Part shown: piece after piece, positions 62,272 through 64,000 of the stretch
Numbering within the stretch: position 1 is the stretch's first letter
Layout of the letters: the number at the start of each line of letters is the position of its first letter
NCBI RefSeq assembly: GCF_964204645.1
Contig: NC_134028.1
Location: 12,881,263 to 12,945,262, forward strand
Reading direction: 5' to 3'
Length of the DNA: 64,000 bases
Origin: Tubulanus polymorphus
Taxonomy: Eukaryota; Animalia; Nemertea
Made by a program: the position numbers and the translations under genes
The notes under the pieces: generated by a model
Told to the model about the DNA's origin: nothing
Seen by the model: only the letters and a program-made list of their open reading frames with translations
Database searches by the model: none

Positions 62272-64000
62272 GTCGAGCTACTAGATACGGTGCGGGCTAT
62301 GATCTAACAACTATTTAACTGACCAATTTTGACCAATACTGAGCTTAAAGTAATTTGTCTATTCTAGAAGCAACACAGTCGTGTTTTGTATCAAATAATT
62401 CGAAATGGTGTGGGCTTTCATCTAACAACTATTCAACTGACCAAATCTTGACCACTACTGACCACATATTATAGCTATATTTATCTGTTTCGGAAACAAC
62501 TTTATCAGTTGTATTCATCATTCGAACCCACAATTTTCCTTATCCTATGAATATGGAGACCCATCCTCGTATGAGAATGAATATAATGTGATTTCAATTA
62601 AAGATGACACATGGCCTCATATCATTACGTTATGTTTTTTAACAGGTGGGCGAGAATATATTCTTATGTTTATGTTTCTCTGAATGTTGCTATATTTAAG
62701 AGTTAAATAATTTCAGTCTACCAAACAAAGGATTTTTCTGTATATGTTTCGTGTCCTGTTTTTCCATAACCCTAGGACTGCATTTTAGGTATTTTTCGCG
62801 GATGACCGAAAGCTGCTGTCCCTTTCTAGTAATTTGATGATATCTGTCGAAATCTAAATTTTAAAAAAGAATCAGGCATATCTCCTTGTTTGACTAAGTA
62901 TGAACTCAACTTTAAGGGACACTCCCTTAAAGGCGCCGAAGTAAAATCATGTGTCGAGTGGAGATGATATTGTGTCAGAAACTAGTGTCAACCAGATGTG
63001 TTCCCATTAAACGAACCGACCGCGAGCCGAGTCGATGTGAGATGTGGCCTACACTGAAAATCTCAAGCGCTACCACTGGTTTTTAGGTGCCTCTGAATGT
63101 CGGCCGTTAAAAATCTAAACAATTGCCATTTGGAAAGGACCTAGTTAGAGAAAATGCTAGATGTGTATATCGTGTGATACAGGCTCCATATTTCAGGTGC
63201 GTTTGGAATTTAACCTTGTTTATAACGAAACACACGTGTTCTTATCTATTTTAGAAGAGCGCATGATAGTGCAATAAAGAACTGACAATGAAAAAGGGGT
63301 GACAGGTGACAGATATCACACCGAATTTCAATTCCTATGAACACTTTTCATATAGTGAATTCTATACAAGAGTTTAAAAAAAACTTGAAATATTAACGAA
63401 ACAGTTTTTTGACGGACAAATCGTTACCCTCAAATTTACCTCCAATTTGTAATGTATGTGATGTATAAACTGACTTTAGACCGTTTAATATCGATGATAA
63501 CAAGGTATCACCGACGCTGACATTTTCTGACGCTAACTATTATGACCCGGACCGATTCAATTCAATTAAGAAAACGCGTTCCGATACAGTAAATAAACAT
63601 ACCGCTGTTGATTTTTCGAAGTATTGATATCCACGAACAAAACTATACTATTATAGAATGTTTTAAAGGAACTGCTTTTAATAACAGCATGAATAAACTT
63701 ACTTCACAAACAAGGAAGTACATTTTTAAGTTGTGAACGGTCGAACACCAGTTATTCACAGTAACCTGTGATTTGGATATTCTCGGAGCATTCCTTCTTT
63801 ATTTATTTATGAAATGACGTCACAAACTTTCAGATTCGCGCCAGTATGCGCGCCATGATTGATGATTGCTACTTCCACGGGTGTAATCTTTAAGTAACTT
63901 CAAGTTTAAAATAGGAAGCACAGTACATCCATAGAAACTACGCGCAGAAATTATTATCAGAGTTTAACATTTCGTTTCAAAGTTATTAGTAGTCAAATCT

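Noticed and set aside
62520-64000. Right flank, including a small palindrome near 62912
   Set aside because: No ORF, termini or repeat structure that I can support.

Overview
AT-rich animal-type genomic window, mostly a nest of one family of integrated Polinton/Maverick-like dsDNA viruses. Element A (2595-62271) carries element B (6535-27555, inverted, inside A's polymerase gene, 6-bp TSD AATATA/AATATT) and element C (36272-54678, inside A's capsid gene, perfect TSD GGAGTT). Two further fragments lie at 1-393 and 583-870. Each element is about 17-18 kb once insertions are removed. Each encodes pPolB, an OB-fold-like protein, a penton, six unknown (mostly membrane) proteins, a double jelly-roll capsid protein, a Zn-finger protein, an A32-like ATPase, an integrase-chromodomain, two more unknowns and an HNH nuclease; no adenain protease is recognisable. 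All copies have lesions in core genes. The main unusual signal is that every terminus is itself a 141-405 bp fold-back hairpin (AGT...ACT). Its stem mismatches are mostly G-T wobbles and its apex has GNA-type mini-hairpins on the 3'-terminal strand only. Nearly all genes start at a poxvirus-like TAAATG. Other content: two Helentron-type non-autonomous elements with nested MITEs, and a Penelope fragment with a minimal hammerhead ribozyme. Protein calls rest on motif recognition by eye; no searches were run.
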